This document shows positions 55,385 through 64,000 of a stretch of 64,000 bases of DNA, one piece after another (position 1 is the stretch's first letter; every line of letters begins with the position of its first letter). Under the pieces are notes generated by a model. That model saw only the letters and a list, made by a program, of their open reading frames with translations. It was not told the origin of the DNA and did no database searches. Source of the DNA: Naegleria gruberi. Taxonomy: Eukaryota. The stretch lies in assembly GCA_000004985.1 (NCBI GenBank), contig GG738845.1, one strand, 5' to 3'. The translations under genes and the position numbers were made by a program.

Positions 55385-55864
55385 TTTTTTTTTGATGTTT
55401 CACAATGCGAAATGTGAAAATATATTGTAATTAAATTGAATTGAAGCCTTTTCGGTTATAAGATAACTTTGGAGGAGTCCACACTTGTTATTCAACACCT
55501 GACTTTGTTTTTTTTGAAAAGGTCAACATTATAATTCATCGTAATGAATGGGGAGGTTTCATTAACTAGAGAGTGATGACTCGAGTAATCATATGCCATA
55601 TTTTGATTACAATGTTTTGAAAACTAAATAGTAAGGTTTGTTTTAAGGAATTTAGACAAGTTTGGTCGTTTCCTCTAACCCGTTCTGCTCTTTCATTAAT
55701 AATTTCATTAAATGTTGCTAATACCATTAAAAAATCTAATGTGTTATTATTATATGTAATAGGCCTGTAAATCATGCATAATTAATTGTCAAGTATTGTT
55801 TGCCATCTATGATAGTTGATTGTTTCATCATATCCATTTTACTTTTATTAAAAAAATATTAAAA

Positions 55865-58243
55865 ATGAAAGGGTTCAGTCTCTCTCTCCCTCTTGCTAAA
55901 GTTGTTACGGTTGGCGAGGAGGTTGATAACCAAAATGTACAACCTACAACAATTACACAACAAAATTCACAAATAGAACCTAATATTGCTTCTGTTCCTT
56001 TGATATCAAAATTGAACATCTCTTTAAATATGTCAAATACTTCAGCACAAAACAATATTTCTGAAGATGAAGGCATGATACAAAAACCAACTGATTCTTT
56101 TTTTTCCTCTATATCTATTGATAACGAACCAGTAGAAATTGAAAACATCGCTAAACTTTCATCATCTTCATCACCATCACAATACACTAGTAATATTAAA
56201 ATTTATGAATGTTTTGATGATTCTCCTTTTGGTACTGATAGCAACAAACCTTGGAAGAAAGATTTTAAATGTAGAGCATTTCCTCTTTTGAATGGAAAAG
56301 ATTCAAAATTTAAAGTATCATCATGCTATATTGTCATACATTTATTCCAACACCTAGATCAACAAACCAAGAACCGTGATGAGACCAGGGATGAAAATAA
56401 CTTTAAAATGATAGAGCAATTATTCACTTGGGGAACTATTGGCTCATTTAAAGATCAAAGTTATCATGATCTGTCATTCACTCCTCGTGGCTTGGAACAT
56501 CCATTTTCTAGTTCAAGAATTGATCAAAACAACAGGTTTAACTTTGATTTATACGTATGGTATGGTAAAGAATCAACCGATTTTGTAAAGAGTAGAACTA
56601 TTGAAAAAGCTTTAAAATTAGAATCCCAGTTACAACAACCATCAATTGTAGAGAGTTTATTCACATCCGGAAAACCTCAATCTTTTGAAGATTTAATCAA
56701 ATCTGGTAATGCTACTTATCCTTCTAACGTGCCATCAATTTCAATATCAAAAAACCATCACTTACTTTCCCGAATTAGATCTTTAATGGTAGGAGTTAAT
56801 AATATCAACAAATGTAAATTTTTGTTTGATGAGTTATCTACAACACCACCCGATGAAAATTCCAATGAGAAACTCAACAGTTTGCTACAATTACGAAAGC
56901 GACCAATGGCTGGTGTTACTAATCATGAGGATTCACTAGAATCTCCAAGAAAAAAAGAGAGAACCCAACTAAGTCCTATCAATACTCGTGAAGTTGAACA
57001 TGTCGAGGAACCCAAAGTAATGAGTGGAAGAGAATTAGCAAAAGCCTGCCATTATGTTTGTTCTAAAATTACTGATTTCCTATTTCTTGGAAGCGCTGCT
57101 GTAGCACAAGACAAGAAGAAATTAAATGATAACGGAATTACTCATATAATTAATGCAGCTGCTAGTGTTTATTGTGATAATTATTTCCCTAATGATTTTA
57201 CTTACTATTCTCTCAGCTTATATGATGATCCTAACGAATCTATCATTGGTTCTTTTTATGGAGTTATAGAATTTATTGAAAATGCAATCAAGAAAGGCGG
57301 TAAAATTTATGTACATTGTCAAATGGGAGTTTCCAGATCATGCTGTTTATGTATTTCATATATGATGTGGAAATATAGAATGAACTTTAATCAAGCACTA
57401 GAGGATGTGAAAACAAAGAGAGCATGTTGCTCTCCTAATGCTGGTTTTTTAGTACAACTTACTCAATGGGAAACAATACTAGGATTGAGTGATAAGTCAA
57501 AAAAAGAACCAAATGCATATCTCTATCGCATTAGTCCTCTAAATAACTTTTATGCCATTCACAAAGAATTAGTTCCAAAGCTATGTCACAATACTAGACA
57601 TTTAGATTCAAGAACATGTTTCTTGCTTCAATCAAAGAGTCATTTGTTCCTTTGGGTTGGATCACAAAGTACAAACGAACTCTTAGAAGCTGCCAACAAG
57701 TTTATTGAGATATTGAGATCATACTCTCCTAATTCTTTGAATGCATGCATTCAAATGCAAGAAGGTCAAGAAAATGATGAATTCAACCAAATTTTAAATT
57801 CTTTAGAAATTGATACTAGGCGTGCCCCTACCGAATATCAAGATTTAAAGTATCTTCAAATGACACAAGAGGATGCTATGGAGTTAATGAATCAAATTAA
57901 AACAACATCTGGCGAACCTGTTGATCCTGAAACTGAAAAGGAAATGAAAAATTACAAAACTGGAACTTTGTACAGTTATGAAGATAGATCATTTAGCGAG
58001 TTTGATTATTTTGATAGTGAGGATATTTTAGATGATATGTGTTATGTTATGCTGCCTGAAAATGAAGATCACATTCTTGTAATGATTGGTTATGATGTAG
58101 ATCTTGGTGATGACAGTTTGGATGATAGGGGAGAAGAAATTGGAGAGCTCTTTATTGCATGGAAAAAACTACCTGAAAGTACTTCCATTAGGGTTTGTGA
58201 AGAGGATGATCCTGATTTCTTTAGGTACTTTAAGAATGGTTAA
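55865..58243 (+). CDS. dual-specificity protein phosphatase with C-terminal gelsolin-like domain (about 790 aa)
   Basis: DSP catalytic domain with the CX5R P-loop VHCQMGVSRSCCLCISYMMW, flanked by DKKKLNDNGITHIINAA. Downstream there is a gelsolin-type fold (RTCFLLQSKSHLFLWVGSQSTNELLEAANKFIEI) and an acidic C-terminus. The annotated start is the first ATG (MKGFSLSL); the track start at 55820 is TTG. Confidence 0.75.
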   Translation: MKGFSLSLPLAKVVTVGEEVDNQNVQPTTITQQNSQIEPNIASVPLISKLNISLNMSNTSAQNNISEDEGMIQKPTDSFFSSISIDNEPVEIENIAKLSSSSSPSQYTSNIKIYECFDDSPFGTDSNKPWKKDFKCRAFPLLNGKDSKFKVSSCYIVIHLFQHLDQQTKNRDETRDENNFKMIEQLFTWGTIGSFKDQSYHDLSFTPRGLEHPFSSSRIDQNNRFNFDLYVWYGKESTDFVKSRTIEKALKLESQLQQPSIVESLFTSGKPQSFEDLIKSGNATYPSNVPSISISKNHHLLSRIRSLMVGVNNINKCKFLFDELSTTPPDENSNEKLNSLLQLRKRPMAGVTNHEDSLESPRKKERTQLSPINTREVEHVEEPKVMSGRELAKACHYVCSKITDFLFLGSAAVAQDKKKLNDNGITHIINAAASVYCDNYFPNDFTYYSLSLYDDPNESIIGSFYGVIEFIENAIKKGGKIYVHCQMGVSRSCCLCISYMMWKYRMNFNQALEDVKTKRACCSPNAGFLVQLTQWETILGLSDKSKKEPNAYLYRISPLNNFYAIHKELVPKLCHNTRHLDSRTCFLLQSKSHLFLWVGSQSTNELLEAANKFIEILRSYSPNSLNACIQMQEGQENDEFNQILNSLEIDTRRAPTEYQDLKYLQMTQEDAMELMNQIKTTSGEPVDPETEKEMKNYKTGTLYSYEDRSFSEFDYFDSEDILDDMCYVMLPENEDHILVMIGYDVDLGDDSLDDRGEEIGELFIAWKKLPESTSIRVCEEDDPDFFRYFKNG

Positions 58244-58344
58244 TAACCCACAACTCTACAACTCTGTAAATTACTTAAACAACAATAAATACAAATCAAT
58301 AATGCTATTTATTGTTGGACTATGTTCTATCAAACAAAATAAAA

Positions 58345-58947
58345 ATGACCGACTCCAACAACAAATCTCTAACACCTCTTTCCGAATTTCGATTGAGGAA
58401 TCCGAGAGATTTTATAAGAATACAAACAGAAGACATACACAATATGTTTTTTGAGTTGAGGAGAACGGAGCAAGATGCAGACAAAAGATTGTTTTCAAAT
58501 TCAGAAAAATTATTAAAACAAATGCAAGATCTAGCCGAGGAACAAAAGAGAGTTCTTAGTGGATATAACTATAATGCCTTGGTGGAGGATAATCACTCAA
58601 TAAGGAATGAAATTGTAAATAGAAGCCTTGTAAAACAACAAGATATTCAAAGAAGACATTCTATCAAGAAACTTGAAAAACAAATCAGGCAAGATCATTC
58701 TAGATATCAACGAGAAGACCAGATTGACCAAAAATCAGAAGGATTTTTCAGAGGAGGTCAAGAAAATGGAGCATTTCATGAAGTTGCATTTCTTAACTTG
58801 AAAAACAACAATATTCAGGCAACCATTGATACAAATTTTCTAGACAATACATATTTTGAAAATTGTATCGAACAAGAAAACAGTCAAGAAAACAAAACAC
58901 CTCCTATTAGAATGTTTCATTCCAAGAGTCTAAGGAGGAAATGCTAA
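58345..58947 (+). CDS. hypothetical basic coiled-coil protein (about 200 aa)
   Basis: ORF with K/R/Q/E-rich helical sequence (LLKQMQDLAEEQKRVLSGYNYNALVEDNHSIRNEIVNRSLVKQQDIQRRHSIKKLEKQIRQDHSRYQRED). The first ATG is at about 58345 (MTDSNNKSL); the track start at 58312 is an alternative codon. Confidence 0.45.
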   Translation: MTDSNNKSLTPLSEFRLRNPRDFIRIQTEDIHNMFFELRRTEQDADKRLFSNSEKLLKQMQDLAEEQKRVLSGYNYNALVEDNHSIRNEIVNRSLVKQQDIQRRHSIKKLEKQIRQDHSRYQREDQIDQKSEGFFRGGQENGAFHEVAFLNLKNNNIQATIDTNFLDNTYFENCIEQENSQENKTPPIRMFHSKSLRRKC

Positions 58948-58997
58948 GTAAATAGAACACATTTAAAAAATACAATCAACTCTCCCTTGCCAAAAAC

Positions 58998-61823
58998 ATG
59001 GGAAATAATAATACATCGTCAAGTACAGTTAATGCAAACAATAACACCATCTCCGTAGGGTCATCAAACTATCAAAATTATAATGTACAAAGTAAATTTC
59101 ATCCACAGCAACAATTGCAATTATATTGCGAATTTATTCCTGGAGATGAAGTGAGAGTAAAAAGACCTTTAATCTCCAACAATAACATCAATTTACCAAT
59201 CTCTAACCCCACTTTAAACCCACAACAAGCTACAAATATTTATCCAAGTTTTGAATCTTACGATTCCGTACTACCAACCCCATCTCAAACATACATCAAC
59301 AGTAATACGATCCAAACATCTAAAAAGAACCCACAACTCAAGATTGGAACAACAAAAACAAGAATAGTGGATGATTTTGTGATGGTTGATCCAGGAAGTC
59401 CTGCTCTTAACCCACCAACAACTACTTCAATCAATAATAATGTCACACTATCTGATCCATCGAATATTAGATATGATATTAGCTTTCAACCTTCTTCCTA
59501 TCAAACACCTCAGAGTGTACATCATGAGAGTTTTTATTCTTCTTCAAATTCTTTCAACAATTCAAACCCGAATCAAAATTCAGGATATTACGGACAGCCT
59601 GGAGGTACTCCAATCACTGGCAAAGAACATCCACAATATGTTATGCCACCTCCTCCAACTGGTGATATTTACCAATTTCCACAGAATCAAACTTTTAGTC
59701 AAATGTCATACTTTTATCCTCAACTATTTAGTGCTGAATTTTACAGCTCTAACCACATAGTTAAAACTGTAAATGTAAAAACAGTTCCCACAGCAACTTT
59801 TGGACAATACACTTCTGTTGTGGAAATTACTCTTGAAGATGATCCTTATAAGCTAATTTTCTATTCCAACGAGTTAGAACAAATATTTAATGAAAAACAT
59901 CATCAAAGAAGAGTTGAGTATAGGATCATAGAGAGATATGTTCAAATGTGTAGACAAACTCAAACCTATTTATCTACATCTAATTGTACAATACCCATTA
60001 TTGATCCTATCCCAACAGTTTTGGACCTATACACCGAGCATATAAAGAAAGGTACAGCTGTTGTAAGATTGGATCTTGTAGGAATAGGACTTGGTGATGA
60101 GGATGCCAAGGCAGTGGCTTGGACCCTACTTCCACCTTGGTCTATTGGTTCCTCTGTAAGAAGATTGAATTTAAGCGGAAATAAGCTGACATCTAAAGGA
60201 GCTCAATACGTTTCAAACGCCTTCATGTCCCCTTCTACCCAATATTTGAAAAATTTTAATAATACTGGTTCATTTTCTGTAAAGGAGCTAGATTTGAGTT
60301 TTAATAGAGAAATAGGTTTAGCTGGAGCTCAACATTTAGCAAACATGTTATCAAAAAATACTTCATTGACATATGTAAATTTCGCTCAGACTGGTATAAC
60401 TGCTGTAGGATGTGATTTGATAATATCAGCACTTATTCAAAACACAAACTCTTCTGTAATTAAGTTGGATTTAAGACACGACCTAATTGGAGAGGATCAG
60501 ATAGCAAAATTGTGTACCTTAGTAGAAAAAAGAAATTGTTTGTGTTTTCTTGAAATTTATCCTTATAAGGAGATTTCAATGAATGATTCTTTAGAAGATG
60601 ATAATGATGGATGGTTATCATACGATGGATGGGTAAAACACTCACTATTAAGAGAATTACTGGAAAAAAATATGGACTATATGAAGAACCATCCTAAAAA
60701 ACTTCAAAAGAAAGCATCATTAAGTATCAACAAAACACCAACTGCTTCGCCTTCTACAACAGATACTAATGTTGAAATATTAAGCTCATTTATTAATTCA
60801 ATGTTTTCCACTACCACTAAGGTAAACGAGGAACCAAGTGTAACTAATAAGGAGATTGATGACACAGAGTTATCATTCGATAATGATATTTTTAGTTTGA
60901 GCGTTTCTGATCCGCTGAAAAATGATAGAGTTGTAAATTATTTAAAATTGGCTGGAGACGAACATAATCACATGCCAATGGATGATGGTTCTAGTGTCAT
61001 TACCTGTTCCATTTGTTATGAGGATAATAGACCAACAGATGGTACTGTTTTCTTCATGGAGGATTGTGAACATAGATTCTGTTGTACGTGCATTTATGAC
61101 TATGTTAAAGATAAGATTCAAAAAGGAGAGGTGGATAGTATTAAATGTCCAGAATGTGATAGACAATTAACGGTAGTTGAAGTCAAACAGATTTTGAGCC
61201 AAGGTAGAGTTAACAAGATATCCCAATCACATTACTCACAAGCAGAAGATGAAAATTTGTTCAGCAAATTTGAAGAATTTTCTCTAAAGAGAGCTTTAGG
61301 AGGTATGAAAGATTTAGTGTGGTGTCCAAATCCAAAATGTGGAAATGCCATTATAGTAGAGAGTCCAAATATTAACTCTGACCTTCCCACATCACCTCTT
61401 CCTCTATCTCCTTCAACTGTAAAACACAAACCCCACACAACACAAAATACTTCTCCTAATCCACAACTTTCTAGCTCTTTCCGAAAGAAAATGCCAGCTA
61501 TCAAAGTGCATTGCTCTCATTGTTCTTGGGATTCATGCTCTAAATGTATGCAAAAATGGCATGCAGGTCTGACTTGTGAAGAAAATGAAGAGCGAACCAA
61601 AACAAAACAAGACGAACAATTCAAAGAGTGGATGAAAGATCAAGGGGCAAAGGTTTGTCCAACATGTGGGGCCGTAATTCAAAAAACTAGAGGTTGTAAT
61701 TCGATGCTTTGTACTCAGTGTAACACCAAGTTTTGTTATTTTTGTGGTAAATCTTTTTCAACTTCAGAAAAAGAGCATTACAAAAGTTGTTATAAGTGGA
61801 GTCTATTTGGATTTAATTTATAA
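58998..61823 (+). CDS. RBR-type (RING-IBR-RING) E3 ubiquitin ligase with N-terminal leucine-rich-repeat region and predicted N-myristoylation site
   Basis: MGNNNTS at the N-terminus fits the MGxxxS/T myristoylation motif. The central region is RNI-like LRRs (VVRLDLVGIGLGDEDAKAVAWTL..., RRLNLSGNKLTSKGAQYVSN..., ELDLSFNREIGLAGAQHLANMLS..., YVNFAQTGITAVGCDLIISAL...). RING1 is ITCSICYED...CEHRFCCTCIYDYV...IKCPECDRQ. The IBR is WCPNPKCGNAII...HCSHCSWDSCSKCMQKWHAGLTCEE. RING2 is KVCPTCGAVIQKTRGCNSMLCTQCNTKFCYFCGK. Confidence 0.85.
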   Translation: MGNNNTSSSTVNANNNTISVGSSNYQNYNVQSKFHPQQQLQLYCEFIPGDEVRVKRPLISNNNINLPISNPTLNPQQATNIYPSFESYDSVLPTPSQTYINSNTIQTSKKNPQLKIGTTKTRIVDDFVMVDPGSPALNPPTTTSINNNVTLSDPSNIRYDISFQPSSYQTPQSVHHESFYSSSNSFNNSNPNQNSGYYGQPGGTPITGKEHPQYVMPPPPTGDIYQFPQNQTFSQMSYFYPQLFSAEFYSSNHIVKTVNVKTVPTATFGQYTSVVEITLEDDPYKLIFYSNELEQIFNEKHHQRRVEYRIIERYVQMCRQTQTYLSTSNCTIPIIDPIPTVLDLYTEHIKKGTAVVRLDLVGIGLGDEDAKAVAWTLLPPWSIGSSVRRLNLSGNKLTSKGAQYVSNAFMSPSTQYLKNFNNTGSFSVKELDLSFNREIGLAGAQHLANMLSKNTSLTYVNFAQTGITAVGCDLIISALIQNTNSSVIKLDLRHDLIGEDQIAKLCTLVEKRNCLCFLEIYPYKEISMNDSLEDDNDGWLSYDGWVKHSLLRELLEKNMDYMKNHPKKLQKKASLSINKTPTASPSTTDTNVEILSSFINSMFSTTTKVNEEPSVTNKEIDDTELSFDNDIFSLSVSDPLKNDRVVNYLKLAGDEHNHMPMDDGSSVITCSICYEDNRPTDGTVFFMEDCEHRFCCTCIYDYVKDKIQKGEVDSIKCPECDRQLTVVEVKQILSQGRVNKISQSHYSQAEDENLFSKFEEFSLKRALGGMKDLVWCPNPKCGNAIIVESPNINSDLPTSPLPLSPSTVKHKPHTTQNTSPNPQLSSSFRKKMPAIKVHCSHCSWDSCSKCMQKWHAGLTCEENEERTKTKQDEQFKEWMKDQGAKVCPTCGAVIQKTRGCNSMLCTQCNTKFCYFCGKSFSTSEKEHYKSCYKWSLFGFNL

Positions 61824-61847
61824 ATATTCAGGATTTACAGTGTAAAT

Positions 61848-64000
61848 CTAATTATCAACGCTTACAAGTTTAAATAAATCAGAAAGGTTTACCATTTGTC
61901 TGGCGTTTCTTTGTAGGTATTTGGAAACATGTTTGTAGATTTTGCCAAGCTCGTCTATTTCTTGTTTTTGCATTTCTTGTACAACAGCTTTCAATTTTTC
62001 TAATGAAGAATATTGTTCCTTGTCTATTTTCTTGAAAGTTGCTTTTACACAGGAAGACCAATCAAACATACGAGCTAAATATCTCAATCTAACCTGCAGA
62101 TCTTGAGGAGTAAAGGTTTGTTTGACAGATACAACAGATCCATTAAAAACGCCATAACCCCCAGGTTGCATAGATATAACATGAGTCGATGAATCCGAGA
62201 TGTTGGCTCTATAGTTACTAGCAGAAGGCTTTAACTCATTTGAGTAATATTTCTTGATGAGTTCTCTAATATTTAGTTGTGAAAGATTGACAATTTTGTT
62301 TGTGGACATTCTAGATTTGCAATGAGGACAATCAAGAATGGTAATACTCTGCATCATGTCTGTATCTGTTGTGCTAATAGCATTCGTCAAAGTTGAAACA
62401 AGGTCAAGGTTTACCTTGTTCGAACAGTGATCACAAGTAAAGTTGACAGGTAGTTCAATACCTTCAAATTCATCGTATTCTTCCTGCCTAGAGAGTATTT
62501 TATACTCTTCCATGTTATCATCGTCACCATAGCTAGTTCTGAAATATTTCTTCTCTAGTCCCAAGCATTCGGCTATCAGAGCTTTGTCTGTTTGTTGTAA
62601 ATATTCACACAAACGAGAAACTGGAGGGAATACTTGTTGAGCAAGATACCATTCATAATCAAGTTCCAAATTATTATCTTTTTGCTCTGCTCTGAAGGTA
62701 TCTGGATGAACAGCTCTTTCAGAAACTTTGGAGGAAGAAGTACCATCCTTTCTTAAGGTGATAACGAAGGGAATACGTTGATGCAGTCTAACAGCTTGAC
62801 CATTTCTTCTCATTTCTAAAGCAACCTGAACATGAGGATGATTAATGGCATCTGTATATTGTTCAGGTTCTTTTGTGAGTGCTGTTGTGAGAATATATTG
62901 TTCAAGTGGAACTCTATTATTTCTTACATCGTCAGCAATTTCTCTAAGGTGGGTATGGATGTTAGCAACTATTTCTTCTGGTGTTGGTTGTGTTTGGCAG
63001 TCTACAGGTTCATTTGGTCTTAATATTTGATCAATAATGTATTGAGAAACGTTTCTAGAAAGATCACACCAATCTCTTCTGACCATATCAAGGCCTTTAA
63101 GTTCAAGTTTTGGGATAATTGTGCCTTGCTTATTTTTAGTATGAATTAGGGCACCATATTTCTTCTTTCTAAGGAGTAACATTCTTCTAAATAAACCATC
63201 AATATCAATTTCCAATTTTCCTTTACCTTTTCTAAAGGAATTGTTAATTTCCTTTTTGATTTCCTCACCCTTAGATAGAGCCTCATCATAGTTTGTAGTG
63301 TCGGTGGCAATCATAACAGAGTCAGTATCACCATAGATAACGCTGAATCTCAAACTATTCTCAATTAATTGTTTAGTTTGAGTCAAAATGTTTCTTCCTT
63401 CTACTGTAATTGATTCTGCCATTTGCTTGCAAAAAAATCTACTAAAAGTAAAACCTAAACAACCATAGGTAGAGTTTGCTGTCAATTTCAAAGCACGTTG
63501 ACGCATGTCATATTGCCATCTTTGTACACCAGTTGCTTGTTCCATTTGTCTTTGAGCTTGTCTTCTTCTTGAAAGTAGTGTTTCAATAACTAGAGGCAAT
63601 ACGGTTTTATCATTCTTGTGTTCCTCTCTCTCTTCTTCAGTGTATAAAAAATTAGAGAAACAAATATTATTTTCCAAAATGATAGATGGGTAAAGAGAGT
63701 TGAAATCCAAAAGAAGTACATAATTGTGATGAAAACCTGATTTAGGATCTAAAACTAAACCACCAGAATATTTTGGTTTTCTGCCACCACGTTTTCCAAA
63801 AGCACGTGATTTGTCTGGCAAAATATATTTTTGTTTGTAGAACTCATGAAGCAATAGATACTCAATACGTTCACTTCTAGATCCAATGAGAGTTCTATTC
63901 CATAAATTACCTGCTGCATTTGTAAGTTCCTTGGTAAGAGGGATTAAACTTAATTTTTCCATCAAATCCATTGACACTTGTGCATCATGTTCTACAAAGG
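61848..64000 (-). CDS. POLA1: DNA polymerase alpha catalytic subunit, C-terminal two-thirds (gene continues beyond window end)
   Basis: B-family polymerase motifs: region II DFNSLYPSIILENNICFSNF (the pol-alpha version DFNSLYPSII), motif C YGDTDSVMI, the KKKYG motif (LLRKKKYGAL), and the C-terminal zinc-finger pair CDHCSNK...CPHCKSRM. The frame is open to position 64000 (...FVEHDAQVS MDLMEKLSLIPLTKELTNAAGNLWNRTLIGSRSERIEYLLLHEFY). The track start at 63977 is a GTG within the frame. Confidence 0.9.
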   Translation of the reverse strand, partial: FVEHDAQVSMDLMEKLSLIPLTKELTNAAGNLWNRTLIGSRSERIEYLLLHEFYKQKYILPDKSRAFGKRGGRKPKYSGGLVLDPKSGFHHNYVLLLDFNSLYPSIILENNICFSNFLYTEEEREEHKNDKTVLPLVIETLLSRRRQAQRQMEQATGVQRWQYDMRQRALKLTANSTYGCLGFTFSRFFCKQMAESITVEGRNILTQTKQLIENSLRFSVIYGDTDSVMIATDTTNYDEALSKGEEIKKEINNSFRKGKGKLEIDIDGLFRRMLLLRKKKYGALIHTKNKQGTIIPKLELKGLDMVRRDWCDLSRNVSQYIIDQILRPNEPVDCQTQPTPEEIVANIHTHLREIADDVRNNRVPLEQYILTTALTKEPEQYTDAINHPHVQVALEMRRNGQAVRLHQRIPFVITLRKDGTSSSKVSERAVHPDTFRAEQKDNNLELDYEWYLAQQVFPPVSRLCEYLQQTDKALIAECLGLEKKYFRTSYGDDDNMEEYKILSRQEEYDEFEGIELPVNFTCDHCSNKVNLDLVSTLTNAISTTDTDMMQSITILDCPHCKSRMSTNKIVNLSQLNIRELIKKYYSNELKPSASNYRANISDSSTHVISMQPGGYGVFNGSVVSVKQTFTPQDLQVRLRYLARMFDWSSCVKATFKKIDKEQYSSLEKLKAVVQEMQKQEIDELGKIYKHVSKYLQRNARQMVNLSDLFKLVSVDN

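Noticed and set aside
55566-55775. Minus-strand ORF 55566-55775 (69 aa) in the desaturase-DUSP intergenic region
   Set aside because: A short non-conserved peptide (MIYRPITYNNNTLDFL...) lying in what must be the shared promoter/5'-UTR region of two divergent genes. There is no support for coding.
1-64000. Prokaryotic interpretation (operons, CRISPR arrays, phage or mobile elements), which the task wording suggests
   Set aside because: Conserved genes need GT-AG splicing to be reconstituted. The products are eukaryote-specific (proteasome beta subunit, TFIIH p62, exportin, Vps45, KRR1/ESF1, Pol alpha, CPAP, CC2D2A). No repeat-spacer arrays, transposase or integrase genes, rRNA or tRNA were seen. 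The GTG/TTG starts in the ORF track are artefacts of a bacterial translation table.
1-64000. Assignment to Entamoeba, a ciliate, a dictyostelid or a budding/fission yeast based on AT-richness and density
   Set aside because: Entamoeba is excluded by the mitochondrial IVD and TIM50 genes. Ciliates with reassigned stops are excluded because TAA, TAG and TGA all terminate conserved genes. Non-flagellated lineages (dictyostelids, yeasts) are excluded by the CC2D2A-like and CPAP-like genes. Lineage is left open.

Overview
This is not a prokaryotic window. It is a 64-kb stretch of a very compact, AT-rich eukaryotic nuclear genome from a draft assembly with three N-gaps (551-600, 22991-23041, 39886-40286). 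About 33 protein-coding genes lie on both strands, roughly one per 2 kb. Divergent gene pairs sit 80-160 bp apart, and convergent pairs end 2-15 bp apart or overlap. Most genes are intronless; about eight contain one to six micro-introns of 34-55 nt with GTAAGT or GTATGT donors, YAG acceptors and loose CTNAY-type branch sites. The standard genetic code is in use (TAA, TAG and TGA all terminate clearly conserved genes). The provided ORF track uses bacterial alternative starts (GTG/TTG shown as M), so several listed ORF starts are artefacts, and multi-exon genes are split across several ORF entries.

Many products are recognisable from conserved motifs:
- proteasome beta-1 subunit, ESF1, KRR1, Sua5/YrdC, Cgr1/CCDC86-like, TFIIH p62
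- Vps45, SERINC, tRNA-His guanylyltransferase (Thg1)-like, arginase-family hydrolase
- isovaleryl-CoA dehydrogenase, TIM50, cytochrome-b5-fused front-end desaturase, exportin-5-like
- a survivin-like BIR protein, and the C-terminal part of the DNA polymerase alpha catalytic subunit.

A CPAP/SAS-4-like centriolar protein (TCP10_C/G-box repeats) and a CC2D2A-like ciliary transition-zone protein (C2 plus inactive transglutaminase-like domain) are present, so the source organism is flagellated or ciliated. Mitochondrial proteins (TIM50, isovaleryl-CoA dehydrogenase) indicate it has mitochondria. The exact lineage cannot be determined from the sequence alone.

The most unusual locus is a roughly 4.7-kb minus-strand gene at 27635-32376. 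It encodes an RCC1-like beta-propeller followed by about 25 tandem EGF-like cysteine-rich repeats, a transmembrane helix and a short cytoplasmic tail. It carries at least five frame disruptions, one of them in a T5 homopolymer. Other noteworthy features are a dual-specificity phosphatase fused to a gelsolin-like domain, an N-myristoylatable LRR-RBR E3 ligase, a Cgr1 homolog split at an A6 homopolymer, a second intron-rich RCC1 gene, and pervasive overlap of convergent gene ends.
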